A model generated the notes under the pieces. It had not been told where the DNA came from. It did not search any database and was given only the letters and a program-made list of their open reading frames with translations. DNA of 64,000 nucleotides, taken from positions 68,534 through 132,533 of the forward strand of contig JAFXKZ010000001.1 of assembly GCA_017531445.1 (NCBI GenBank), written 5' to 3'. Numbering within the stretch: the first letter of the stretch is position 1; each line of letters opens with the position of its first letter. The stretch is from Kiritimatiellia bacterium (lineage in GTDB: Bacteria; Verrucomicrobiota; Kiritimatiellia; RFP12; DVOR01). The position numbers and the translations under genes were made by a program. Shown piece by piece: positions 55,905 through 64,000 of this stretch.

Positions 55905-57167
55905 ATGAAAAAATGCCTGATGTTACTTTTGGTCGCGGCCGGAATTGGCGGCGGGGTGTGGTGGTATTACCGGCAGAAGCAACCGGTTCAGGAGGCCATC
56001 GCCTATAAAACTGCGCCGATTGTGCGTGGACAGACGGTGCAGACGATTCGTGCGACGGGGACGATTGAGCCGGAAGATTTGATTGATATCGGTGCGCAGG
56101 TAACCGGACAAATCATGCAGTTCGGCACGGATACCCGGGGAAAAGAGGTGGATTATTGCTCGGAAGTGCGCAAAGGTCAGCTCCTGGCGCGCATTGATGA
56201 TGTTACCTACAAGGCTGAAGTGACGATTTCAAAAGCCAATCTTACCACCGCAAAATCGCAATTGGCCGGGGCAGAAGCTGAAGCGGCGCAATTGCGGGCA
56301 AAGTTGCGTCAGGCTGAACGTGAATGGGTGCGAGCCCAGCAGATGGGGGTGGGGGAAGCCGTTTCACAGAAAGATTTTGATGCGTATTTGAGTGCCTATG
56401 AGGTGGCGGTGGCCAACTTGAAAGTGGGGGATGCCAAGATCGAACAGGCGCAAGCGGCCATTGCACAAGCGCAGGCACAATTGGAGAAGGCCGAGCGTAA
56501 TCTTTCGTATTGTGACATTCTTTCCACGGTCGATGGCATTGTTATCGACCGCCGGGTGAATATCGGGCAGACCGTGACGGCCTCGATGAGCACCCCCTCG
56601 CTTTTCCTCGTGGCAAAGGATTTGCGGCGGATTGAGATTTGGGTGCCGGTGAATGAGGCCGATATTGGCGCGATTACCGTAGGGCAAAGGGTGCGCTTCA
56701 CCGTGGATGCTTTTCCCGAACGCGAGTTTACAGGCAGCGTGAGCCGTATCCGTCTCAATGCCTCGATGAGTTCCAATGTCGTGACCTATACGGTAGAGGT
56801 GGCCACGGAAAATCCGGATTCGATTCTGCTGCCTTACCTTACGGCCAACGTGCGCTTTGTTTTGGCAGAATCGCCGGAGAACGCTTTGCTTGTCCCGGCG
56901 GCGGCATTGCGTTGGCATCCGGAAGGGTGGGTGGCTCCGGAGGGAAAACACTTCGTTTTTGTGCAGAATGAACAGGGTTCGCCGGAGGCGGTGGAAGTCG
57001 TCTGCGGCGTTGTGGACGATCGGAATGCGGCCATTGTGACTGATTGTCTGACCGAGGGCGATGCGGTGATTACCGGCACATTGACGCCAATTGAGGTGAT
57101 TCAGGCCTCGGCCGCCGGGCAGAATCCGTTTTTGCCCAAGCCGCCACGCTTCCGTCCCCGGCGTTGA
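55905..57167 (+). CDS. macA: efflux periplasmic adaptor (HlyD/MacA family)
   Basis: N-terminal TM anchor, coiled-coil hairpin (AEAEAAQLRAKLRQAEREW...QAQAQLEKAERNL), beta-barrel domain. Followed by MacB-type ATPase and permease genes. Confidence 0.8.
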   Translation: MKKCLMLLLVAAGIGGGVWWYYRQKQPVQEAIAYKTAPIVRGQTVQTIRATGTIEPEDLIDIGAQVTGQIMQFGTDTRGKEVDYCSEVRKGQLLARIDDVTYKAEVTISKANLTTAKSQLAGAEAEAAQLRAKLRQAEREWVRAQQMGVGEAVSQKDFDAYLSAYEVAVANLKVGDAKIEQAQAAIAQAQAQLEKAERNLSYCDILSTVDGIVIDRRVNIGQTVTASMSTPSLFLVAKDLRRIEIWVPVNEADIGAITVGQRVRFTVDAFPEREFTGSVSRIRLNASMSSNVVTYTVEVATENPDSILLPYLTANVRFVLAESPENALLVPAAALRWHPEGWVAPEGKHFVFVQNEQGSPEAVEVVCGVVDDRNAAIVTDCLTEGDAVITGTLTPIEVIQASAAGQNPFLPKPPRFRPRR

Positions 57168-57257
57168 ACTGCGCAGATAGGTGGAAGAAAATGAAGCGCA
57201 CAGCAGAAGACCGAGCAGGGAAAAGTCGGCGGGATCGCCCCGGCACAAGGAGGACGT

Positions 57258-57965
57258 ATGGCGGTTGAATCGGGCTCATCACCTCTGATTGAGTTGCGCA
57301 ATCTAACGAAAACCTATCTGCTCGGCGATGTGGAAGTGCCCGTATTGAAAGGGATTTCCATGAAAATCCACGAGGGGACGCTTCTGGCTTTGATGGGACC
57401 ATCGGGCGGAGGTAAATCAACCCTGATGAATATTTTGGGTTTTCTGGATACGCTTTCGGGCGGACAATACCTGCTGGACGGAAAAGATGTCAGTACACTT
57501 TCCTCCAATGCCCGGGCGGATTTGCGCAATGAGCGTATCGGGTTTGTCTTTCAAAACTTCAATCTTCTGGCGCGGACATCGGCACTGAAAAACGTGATGA
57601 TGCCGCTGGAATATGCGCGTCACGCGCAGAGTGCCAAAGCACAACGTGCCTGGGCAGAGCACCTGCTTGAGCGCGTGGGGCTGAAAGACCGCATGGATCA
57701 CCAGCCTTCCCAGATGAGCGGCGGGCAGCAACAGCGTGTGGCCATCGCACGGGCATTGGTCAATCGTCCCAAAATTCTCTTCGCAGATGAGCCGACGGGC
57801 AATCTGGATTCCAAAACTTCCGAGGAAGTCTTGCAGATGTTTCAAGAACTGAATGCAAAAGAGGGGTTGACGATTGTGCTTGTCACACATTCCCCGGAGG
57901 TGGGCGCGTTTGCCAGAGAAGCGTATCATATTAAAGACGGGTTGATGGTCGATGGCACCTACTGA
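57258..57965 (+). CDS. ABC transporter ATP-binding protein (MacB/LolD type)
   Basis: Walker [11 protein letters not shown]-loop, [27 protein letters not shown]. Confidence 0.88.
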   Translation: MAVESGSSPLIELRNLTKTYLLGDVEVPVLKGISMKIHEGTLLALMGPSGGGKSTLMNILGFLDTLSGGQYLLDGKDVSTLSSNARADLRNERIGFVFQNFNLLARTSALKNVMMPLEYARHAQSAKAQRAWAEHLLERVGLKDRMDHQPSQMSGGQQQRVAIARALVNRPKILFADEPTGNLDSKTSEEVLQMFQELNAKEGLTIVLVTHSPEVGAFAREAYHIKDGLMVDGTY

Positions 57966-58057
57966 TCGCTTCCGAAAACGCACGTGCAGTGGCGCACTTT
58001 CCTGCGTTGGGCAAACAGTTTCCCGTTTGCTCCCTGTGGCAATAAAGGGGTAATACA

Positions 58058-59431
58058 ATGGATTTTCTACGGCAAATCGCAGCAGCTTTCGTTTCTTTCA
58101 GGCGCAACATTCTGCGTTCGATGTTGACGATGCTGGGCATTGTCATTGGCGTGGGCGTTGTCATTACCATGATGGAAATCGGGGCCGGAGCGGCACAATC
58201 GATTAAAGCGTCAATTGCCAATATGGGGACCAATGTGATGATGATATGGCCCTCGGCGGTAAAAACGTCGGGTATCAGCTCCGGAGCGGGCGGTTCGGTG
58301 ACGCTGACCGAGGAAGACTGCGCGGCAATCGCCGCCGAGTGCCTTTCGGTAGAGGCCGCTTCGCCCACGCTTTCGCGCCGTGGGATTCAGGCAATTGCCG
58401 GCAACCGCAACTGGACGCCTTACGTAATCTATTCCGGAAATGAGGATTACTTCACGGTACAATCGTGGAAAACGCCCGAGGCTGGCCGCTATTTTACGAA
58501 GCGGGAAGTGGATACTGCGGCCTGCGTTTGCGTGATTGGGCAGACGGTGCGCGACGAACTTTTTCCCGGAGAGAATCCGGTCGGGCGTGATGTGCGGTTG
58601 AACAGCGTTCTCTTCCGCGTCATCGGTTTGCTTCCGAAAAAGGGCGCGAACATGATGGGAATGGACCAGGATGACACAATCATTGTCCCATGGCGCACGA
58701 TGCGAAACCGCTTGTCGCGTTCGGGTTCTTCCGCTACCGGCGCATCGGTGAGTGCGTCTGCCACGACGACAGCGTTTTCCACCAGCGCGATTTACCCCCA
58801 GAATACGACTTCGATTTATCCGGAACGTGACAGCGTTCAGGCGCAAAACTATCCGCTTCCGGTGCGTTTCAACAATCTGGATCAGATTACCGCCTCTGCC
58901 AAGTCGCCCGAACAGGTGCCTGATGCCATCGTACAAATCACCGAAGTGCTGCGCCGCCGTCACCGTATCCGCCCGGGTGCGCCCAATGATTTTATGGTGC
59001 GTGATATGTCGGAGATGCTCAAGACGATGACCTCAACGAGCGGTTTGATGACCACGTTGCTGCTGATTGTGGCCTTGTTGTCGCTGCTGGTCGGCGGCGT
59101 GGGCATCATGAATATCATGCTGGTCAGCGTCACAGAGCGCACACGGGAAATCGGGCTGCGTATGGCGGTGGGGGCGCGCGGGGCGCGGATTCTCGCCCAG
59201 TTTCTGATTGAATCGGTGCTGTTATGCCTGTTGGGTGGGCTCGTAGGTATCGGGGCAGGGCGGTGCGCCTCAACGGTGATTGCCCACGTGCTGCATTGGC
59301 CGATTGGTGTATCGCTCTCGGCGATTCTGCTCTCGGCAGGCATCTCGGCGGCGATTGGTGTGATTTTTGGTTTCTACCCAGCCTGGCGTGCCAGCCGCCT
59401 CAACCCGATTGACGCTTTGCGCCATGAATAA
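58058..59431 (+). CDS. ABC transporter permease (MacB_PCD + FtsX domains)
   Basis: N-terminal TM helix, large periplasmic domain, C-terminal FtsX 3-TM bundle (TERTREIGLRMAVGAR...FYPAWRASRLNPIDALRHE). Confidence 0.85.
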   Translation: MDFLRQIAAAFVSFRRNILRSMLTMLGIVIGVGVVITMMEIGAGAAQSIKASIANMGTNVMMIWPSAVKTSGISSGAGGSVTLTEEDCAAIAAECLSVEAASPTLSRRGIQAIAGNRNWTPYVIYSGNEDYFTVQSWKTPEAGRYFTKREVDTAACVCVIGQTVRDELFPGENPVGRDVRLNSVLFRVIGLLPKKGANMMGMDQDDTIIVPWRTMRNRLSRSGSSATGASVSASATTTAFSTSAIYPQNTTSIYPERDSVQAQNYPLPVRFNNLDQITASAKSPEQVPDAIVQITEVLRRRHRIRPGAPNDFMVRDMSEMLKTMTSTSGLMTTLLLIVALLSLLVGGVGIMNIMLVSVTERTREIGLRMAVGARGARILAQFLIESVLLCLLGGLVGIGAGRCASTVIAHVLHWPIGVSLSAILLSAGISAAIGVIFGFYPAWRASRLNPIDALRHE

Positions 59432-59445
59432 ACCAAGGAGCTGCG

Positions 59446-59838
59446 ATGTCTTTTCCGGAAGTGCTTCTCCCCGCTGCCCGTGCCGCCGCCAAAAAAGCTT
59501 ATGCTCCCTATTCCGAATTTACGGTAGGGGCGGCGTTGATGGATGAAAACGGTGTGATTTACACCGGGTGCAACATTGAAAATGTGTCGTATGGATTGAC
59601 GGTGTGTGCCGAGCGTGTCGCGCTGTTTAACGCGCTTTCTCAAGGTGCCCGGCGGTTTATCGCGCTGGCTTTGAGTGCCGCAGAACCCGTAACGCCTTGC
59701 GGTGCTTGCCGTCAGGTGCTGGCGGAGTTTTGCGACGCCTCGCTTCCGATCGCCCTTACCGATCACCAAGGTAGCGGGGTGCGCCTGACACATCTGGGCG
59801 CACTCTTTCCCGAACCTTTCGCTTCGGAGACCCTGTAA
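59446..59838 (+). CDS. cdd: cytidine deaminase
   Basis: 130 aa with CAERVA (zinc His/Cys-Ala-Glu motif) and PCGACRQVLAEF. Confidence 0.88.
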   Translation: MSFPEVLLPAARAAAKKAYAPYSEFTVGAALMDENGVIYTGCNIENVSYGLTVCAERVALFNALSQGARRFIALALSAAEPVTPCGACRQVLAEFCDASLPIALTDHQGSGVRLTHLGALFPEPFASETL

Positions 59839-59877
59839 GCCGGCGACTGTTTGCACAGAGAAAGAAGTGGGTTGACG

Positions 59878-61632
59878 ATGACAACGTGCGGAATCGAGCC
59901 TGTAACGCATTGGCAAGCGGCACCTGCGCCCTCACAGGAGATTTTGGAGGCGGTGTGCCAATTGAGCCGGGTGCATCCGGTGGTGGCACGGATTGCCGCG
60001 CGGCGCATGGCTTCTGCCGGGGAGGCGGCGCGCTGGTTGCACCCGTTTGGCGACGCTCTGCCGCCGCCGCTAGCCTTGCACCATCTGGAACTTGCGGTGG
60101 AGCGTCTGCAACAGGCACTGGAAAAGCGCGAAGAGCTCGTGATTTTTGGCGACTATGATACCGATGGCCTTACGGCGACTGCGCTGATGGAGCAGGCGTT
60201 GAGTGAAGTGGGGGCCGAGGTGACGCATTTCATTCCCGATCGCGAAACCGAAGGATACGGCTTGACTGTTGCGGCGATGAAACGCTGTCTGCGCGAGCAT
60301 CCTTCCGTGCGCGTGCTGGTAACAGTCGATTGCGGTATCACGAGCGTTGCTGAGGTCGCGGAATTGATGCAGAGCGGCATTGAGGTGATCGTCACCGATC
60401 ATCACGTCCCTTCAGAACAGCTTCCGGCGGCGGTGGCGGTGGTGAATCCGCGTCTGGGTGCGCCGGAGGGTGCGGAAGCTTTGTGCGGCTGCGCCACGGC
60501 GTTTACGGTGATTCATGCGTTGTATACCCGTCTTGGGCGCAACACTTACAAAAAGTATTTGGATTTGGTGGCGGTGGCCACCGTGGCCGATGTGATGCCG
60601 TTGACCGGAGAGAACCGCGCATTGGTCAAAAAAGGACTGCACATTCTTTCCCGGGAAGGATGCGGTAATCCCGGATTGAAGGCATTGGCCAAACTTCAGC
60701 ACGTGGAGCTTTCCAAGATAACCGCCGAGGATCTGGCTTTCAGACTGGTGCCGTGCATCAATGCCGCCAGCCGCATCGGCGATTGGCAACGGGCGTATGA
60801 ACTGCTGACGTGCGCCGCACCGGCGGGCAAGGGAGTTTTTTCTCCGGCGGTGCAACAGCGTTGCGAAAAAGCGGCACGGGGCTTGGATGCGGCCAATAAA
60901 GAGCGGCGTGAAATCGAAACCCGGTTGCGTCAGAAAGTGGAGATCGCCGGAGTGCCGCCCGGAAGTAAGGTGATCATTGCCGCCGGACGTGCGCAAGAGG
61001 GGTTTCTTTCGGGGGTTTTGGGTATCGTGGCAGCGCGGCTGGTGGAGCAACATCATCTGCCGGCGGTGGTCTGTTGCCGGAAAGACGATGGCCGCGTGTG
61101 CGGCTCCATGCGCTCGAAAGGCGCATGGCATGCTGTCAAGGCGTTGGAAACAGTGGCCGATTTGTGCGAACATTTCGGCGGACACGCCGCTGCCGCCGGT
61201 TTTACCTTGCGCCCCGGCACATTTGAAGCCTTTTGCAACCGCTTGCCTCTGGCCTTTGCCGCCTGTGACGCCACGCCCGATGTGCTTGCCTACGAAGAAG
61301 ATTTGGCATCACCGATTGATTCGGAGCTGTGGGCGGGGTTGCAGGTGCTTGAACCTTGCGGCACCGGGAATCCAAAGCCGCGCTTCGCAAAAATCTTCAC
61401 GCTTCTGGCGCACCGCGTTATCGGAAAAGACAAAACGCATTTGTCGTTGAAACTGCGTGAAACGCACACGGCCGCTGCGCCCGAACTGGAAGCAATCTGG
61501 TTTGGCGGAGCGCACCGGGCAGAATCGTGGCAGGGGGGGATGCGGTTGCGGGTGCTGTTTTCCCTTTCCGAAGACCGTTTACAGGCCGGTCGGCTGAAGC
61601 TGAATATCGTGGATGCTTTTCCGATTCCATAG
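59878..61632 (+). CDS. recJ: single-stranded-DNA-specific exonuclease RecJ
   Basis: DHH motifs (VIFGDYDTDGLTATAL, VTVDCGI, IVTDHH) and DHHA1 (GGHAAAAG). The start codon is uncertain (59851 or 59878). Confidence 0.88.
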   Translation: MTTCGIEPVTHWQAAPAPSQEILEAVCQLSRVHPVVARIAARRMASAGEAARWLHPFGDALPPPLALHHLELAVERLQQALEKREELVIFGDYDTDGLTATALMEQALSEVGAEVTHFIPDRETEGYGLTVAAMKRCLREHPSVRVLVTVDCGITSVAEVAELMQSGIEVIVTDHHVPSEQLPAAVAVVNPRLGAPEGAEALCGCATAFTVIHALYTRLGRNTYKKYLDLVAVATVADVMPLTGENRALVKKGLHILSREGCGNPGLKALAKLQHVELSKITAEDLAFRLVPCINAASRIGDWQRAYELLTCAAPAGKGVFSPAVQQRCEKAARGLDAANKERREIETRLRQKVEIAGVPPGSKVIIAAGRAQEGFLSGVLGIVAARLVEQHHLPAVVCCRKDDGRVCGSMRSKGAWHAVKALETVADLCEHFGGHAAAAGFTLRPGTFEAFCNRLPLAFAACDATPDVLAYEEDLASPIDSELWAGLQVLEPCGTGNPKPRFAKIFTLLAHRVIGKDKTHLSLKLRETHTAAAPELEAIWFGGAHRAESWQGGMRLRVLFSLSEDRLQAGRLKLNIVDAFPIP

Positions 61633-61665
61633 ACCTGAACCTACGTGGGGGAGAGAACCTTTTTG

Positions 61666-61747
61666 AAGATGGGCGATGTCCGGCGGGAACATCGCCCATC
61701 TTGCAGGGGGAGTTTCGCCCATCTTGCGCCGCACTGTCGCCCATGTT
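61666..61747. repeat. REP-like hairpin (14-bp perfect arms AAGATGGGCGATGT / ACATCGCCCATCTT) plus two further TCGCCCAT(C/G)TT copies
   Basis: Arms at 61666-61679 and 61689-61702, directly after the recJ stop. Extra copies at 61714-61724 and 61737-61747. Confidence 0.85.
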
Positions 61748-61763
61748 GAAATGCCCTCCTGCG

Positions 61764-61923
61764 GAGCTGGATGCGCTGGAGGCACTGGAAGCACGAGGAG
61801 CTCTGGCAGGGCGTAAAGGTGGTGGTGTGAGGTGCGGGGTGCCCGGTGCGGCGCGGGGGTGGTGTGGGGGAGCTGGAGGGGGAGAAGTTCTGGAGGCTCT
61901 AGAAACTCTAGGAACTCTCGCTG
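61764..61923. repeat. two blocks of degenerate 9-bp-periodic NNNCT(G/A)GAR repeats
   Basis: 61764-61808: GAGCTGGAT GCGCTGGAG GCACTGGAA GCACGAGGA GCTCTGGCA. 61870-61923: GAGCTGGAG GGGGAGAAG TTCTGGAGG CTCTAGAAA CTCTAGGAA CTCTCGCTG. Confidence 0.8.
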
Positions 61924-62056
61924 GGGCGTGGGGCAGGCAGCTTCGCCGCACTGCCCGGAACCTTTGCTCTGTCCGGCTGCCCGGGCGCGGGCGCGATGTG
62001 GGGGAGCTGGAGGGGCCCGGTGAGGCATGGGGATAAAGCCCATACGCACTGTATTG

Positions 62057-62065
62057 TGCTATAAT
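62057..62065 (+). promoter_or_regulatory. extended -10 TGcTATAAT placed 6 nt before the rarA ATG (possible leaderless mRNA)
   Basis: TG at 62057-62058, TATAAT at 62060-62065, ATG at 62072. No SD-like sequence in between. Confidence 0.45.
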
Positions 62066-62071
62066 GCGCGT

Positions 62072-63436
62072 ATGGACGATTGGTTTGAGGAGTCGCCGGC
62101 GGAAGCGGCGCAGAGCATAACGGATAATCGCAAGGTGGGGCCGCTGCCGGCGCGGATGCGCCCGAGGCGGTTGGAAGAGATTGTCGGGCAGGATCATCTG
62201 CTCGCACCGGGACGGTTGTTGCGGCGTGTGATTGAGAGTGACCGCTTTACCAATCTGATTTTCTACGGGCCGCCCGGCACCGGAAAAACCACCCTTGCCG
62301 AAGTGATTGCCCATACCACCCATCGCCGCTTTGAGCGCACGAGCGGGGTGATGAGCAATGTCGCCCAACTGCGCGCGATTTGTGAACAGGCGCGTCAATT
62401 GCGCGACCGCATGGGCACCGTCCTTTTTGTCGATGAAATCCACCGCTTCAATAAGTCCCAGCAGGATGTCCTGTTGCCCTATGTTGAAGATGGTTCGGTG
62501 ACCCTGATCGGAGCCACCACGCATCATCCGGGGATTTTTATCAACACCCCGCTTGTTTCGCGCAGCTTGGTCTTTGAACTGCATTCCCTCTCCACCGATG
62601 ATATCGTCACGTTGCTGAAACGGGCTGTCGCCGATTGCGAAAGAGGCTTGGGCGAAGAGCACGTGGAATTACAGGAAGACGCCGCGCACTTTTTGGCGGA
62701 AATCTGTGAAGGTGACGCCCGCCGTGCCCTTACGGCCCTTGAAATTGCCGCCCGCTCCACGCCGCCGGATGAACGCGGTCGCATCGTCCTCACGACTGAT
62801 GTCATGGCCGAATGCGTTCAACGGCGCGTCATCGCCTATGATAAAGATGAAGACCAGCACTACGACACCATTTCGGCCTTTATCAAATCCATCCGGGGGT
62901 CCGATCCCGATGCGGCCATCTACTGGTTGGCCAAAATGCTTGAAGGCGGCGAAGACCCCCGTTTTATCGCGCGGCGGCTGATCATCTCCGCCAGCGAAGA
63001 TATCGGCAATGCCGATCCAAGAGGTCTTACGGTTGCCGTTGCCGCCATGCAGGCGGTGGAGTTCATCGGTATGCCCGAAGCGCGCATTTCTCTGGCGCAG
63101 GCGACCACCTATCTTGCCTCCGCGCCGAAATCCAATGCCGCTTATCTTGCCGTCAATGAAGCCATGGAAGATATCCGCGCAGGACGCGTGCAGCCCGTGC
63201 CTGAACACCTGAAAAATGTCCATGTCAGAGCCGAAGGCAAAGCCCCTGCGCCGGCCTATCGTTATCCGCATGACTACAAAGATACTGCCGTTGCGCAAGC
63301 CTATCTCTCCATCCCCAAGACCTACTACCGCCCCAAATCCTCCGGTTACGAAGAGACGATTGCCAAACGGCTCGACTGGCTCCGCGCCAAAAAACAACCT
63401 CCGCATCCCGCCGAAGCCGCGCGCAGAGAGCAGTAG
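62072..63436 (+). CDS. rarA: replication-associated recombination protein A (AAA+ ATPase)
   Basis: PLPARMRPRRLEEIVGQDHLL, Walker A GPPGTGKTT, Walker B LFVDEIHRFNK, and C-terminal MgsA domains (ISAFIKSIRGSDPDAAIYWLAKMLEGGEDP). Confidence 0.92.
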   Translation: MDDWFEESPAEAAQSITDNRKVGPLPARMRPRRLEEIVGQDHLLAPGRLLRRVIESDRFTNLIFYGPPGTGKTTLAEVIAHTTHRRFERTSGVMSNVAQLRAICEQARQLRDRMGTVLFVDEIHRFNKSQQDVLLPYVEDGSVTLIGATTHHPGIFINTPLVSRSLVFELHSLSTDDIVTLLKRAVADCERGLGEEHVELQEDAAHFLAEICEGDARRALTALEIAARSTPPDERGRIVLTTDVMAECVQRRVIAYDKDEDQHYDTISAFIKSIRGSDPDAAIYWLAKMLEGGEDPRFIARRLIISASEDIGNADPRGLTVAVAAMQAVEFIGMPEARISLAQATTYLASAPKSNAAYLAVNEAMEDIRAGRVQPVPEHLKNVHVRAEGKAPAPAYRYPHDYKDTAVAQAYLSIPKTYYRPKSSGYEETIAKRLDWLRAKKQPPHPAEAARREQ

Positions 63437-63471
63437 TTCATCGCCTTTCTCCTTTCGGCTATCTTGTACGC

Positions 63472-63505
63472 CGCCCCGCGCCTTTGGTGTGGGGCGTTTC
63501 TTTTC
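63472..63505 (+). terminator. rarA terminator (imperfect GC hairpin + T-tract)
   Basis: CGCCCC...GGGGCG outer stem with inner GC pairs, followed by TTTCTTTTCG. Confidence 0.5.
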
Positions 63506-63635
63506 GTGCCGCGTCCGCGCACTGTTGCTGCGGAGCTCACGCTCGCTTTGCGCCGCACCTCACCCCACGCCTCGTCGTGTTGCAGCCACATCTCACCTTG
63601 CGCGGGTGTCGGAGATGCCAGTGTGTCAGAAAAGT

Positions 63636-63792
63636 TATCTGGAGGTTCTAGAGGGTCGAGAAGTTCTAGGTTGTCTGGAGCGACATGTCTTTTCCGCTCC
63701 ACCACACCCTTGGCCCAGAGCTTTTAGATGTTCTAGAGAGCCTAGAAGTGCTAGAGGGCCTGGATATTCTAGAAGTTCTGGAGTCGCTGGAG
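63636..63792. repeat. two blocks of 9-bp-periodic, CTAG-rich NNNCT(A/G)GAR repeats
   Basis: 63636-63680: TATCTGGAG GTTCTAGAG GGTCGAGAA GTTCTAGGT TGTCTGGAG. 63721-63792: CTTTTAGAT GTTCTAGAG AGCCTAGAA GTGCTAGAG GGCCTGGAT ATTCTAGAA GTTCTGGAG TCGCTGGAG. Confidence 0.85.
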
Positions 63793-64000
63793 GTTTCCAG
63801 TCTCCGCTTCTCTGTGCGGCAGGGCTTCCCGCCGCTGGGTACGGGTCGTTTTTTCGTGCCGCTTCCATTCATGTTTCCAACGTGCGGACACCGAAAAAAC
63901 TTGACAATGGGGGAAGAGTGAGATTATGCTATTTGTAATTACGGGAAGGCGCGTTTGTCGTCAGCCTGAGCAGTGTGACAGACTAAAATAATTGAAGGAA

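Noticed and set aside
61418-62662. 414-aa minus-strand ORF, and the 169-aa and 156-aa ORFs across 61527-62049
   Set aside because: The long ORF is antisense to rarA and runs through the repeat block. The translations are Pro/Arg/Ala-rich and low-complexity. rarA on the plus strand is unambiguous.
61764-63792. The 9-bp arrays as DnaA-box clusters (oriC) or parS sites
   Set aside because: The 9-mers (NNNCTRGAR) do not resemble the TTATCCACA DnaA box or the parS palindrome. There is no dnaA or dnaN nearby and no AT-rich unwinding element.
63216-63938. 240-aa plus-strand ORF overlapping the rarA 3' end and the downstream repeats
   Set aside because: It is an out-of-frame overlap with the rarA coding sequence followed by repeat DNA, with a low-complexity Ser/Arg/Pro-rich translation.

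Overview
This is a 64-kb, gene-dense chromosomal segment of moderate-to-high GC from a Gram-negative-type organism. LolCDE, LptF/G, MacAB, an O-antigen-ligase-like gene, a ~51-aa small basic protein and a CesT-like chaperone hint at the PVC group, but that is inference only. All calls come from reading the sequence and ORF track; no searches or computations were run, and start codons are inferred.

Layout:
- Left third: a surface-glycan cluster (rmlC, rmlA, an O-antigen-ligase-like gene, four glycosyltransferases), a short AT-richer islet, then lysS-tkt.
- Centre: a complete type II-C CRISPR-Cas9 locus wedged between tkt and leuS.
- Right half: housekeeping and envelope genes. These include a long minus-strand string (gmk-coaC-mcsA-mcsB-like-lolA-like-perM-lptF/G-NERD-ctp-dxs-mutL), tRNA-Cys, tRNA-Arg, uvrD, tandem DUF3332 lipoproteins, macA/macB, cdd, recJ and rarA.

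CRISPR locus:
- A minus-strand tracrRNA (about 14614-14685) abuts the cas9 start codon.
- cas9 (1230 aa), cas1 and cas2 follow with overlapping stops and starts, then a bidirectional hairpin terminator.
- The array has 43 repeats and 42 spacers (36-bp repeat, 30-bp spacers).
- Read on the minus strand, the repeat is GTTGTGAAAAGACTCCCTCTTGGGATTTGATACAAT. It ends in an extended -10 (TGaTACAAT), so each repeat probably promotes its own crRNA toward cas2, as in Neisseria and Campylobacter II-C systems.

Most interesting observations:
1. The tracrRNA carries only a 13-nt perfect anti-repeat, placed at the predicted +1 of a near-consensus promoter. The whole gene must lie inside the cas9 5' leader in antisense.
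2. A dispersed REP-like palindrome family (AACATGGGCGA/TCGCCCATGTT) fills many intergenic regions.
3. CTAG-rich arrays with 9-bp periodicity (NNNCTRGAR) bracket rarA.
4. An McsA/McsB pair in which the McsB-like protein has lost several guanidino-kinase signature residues.
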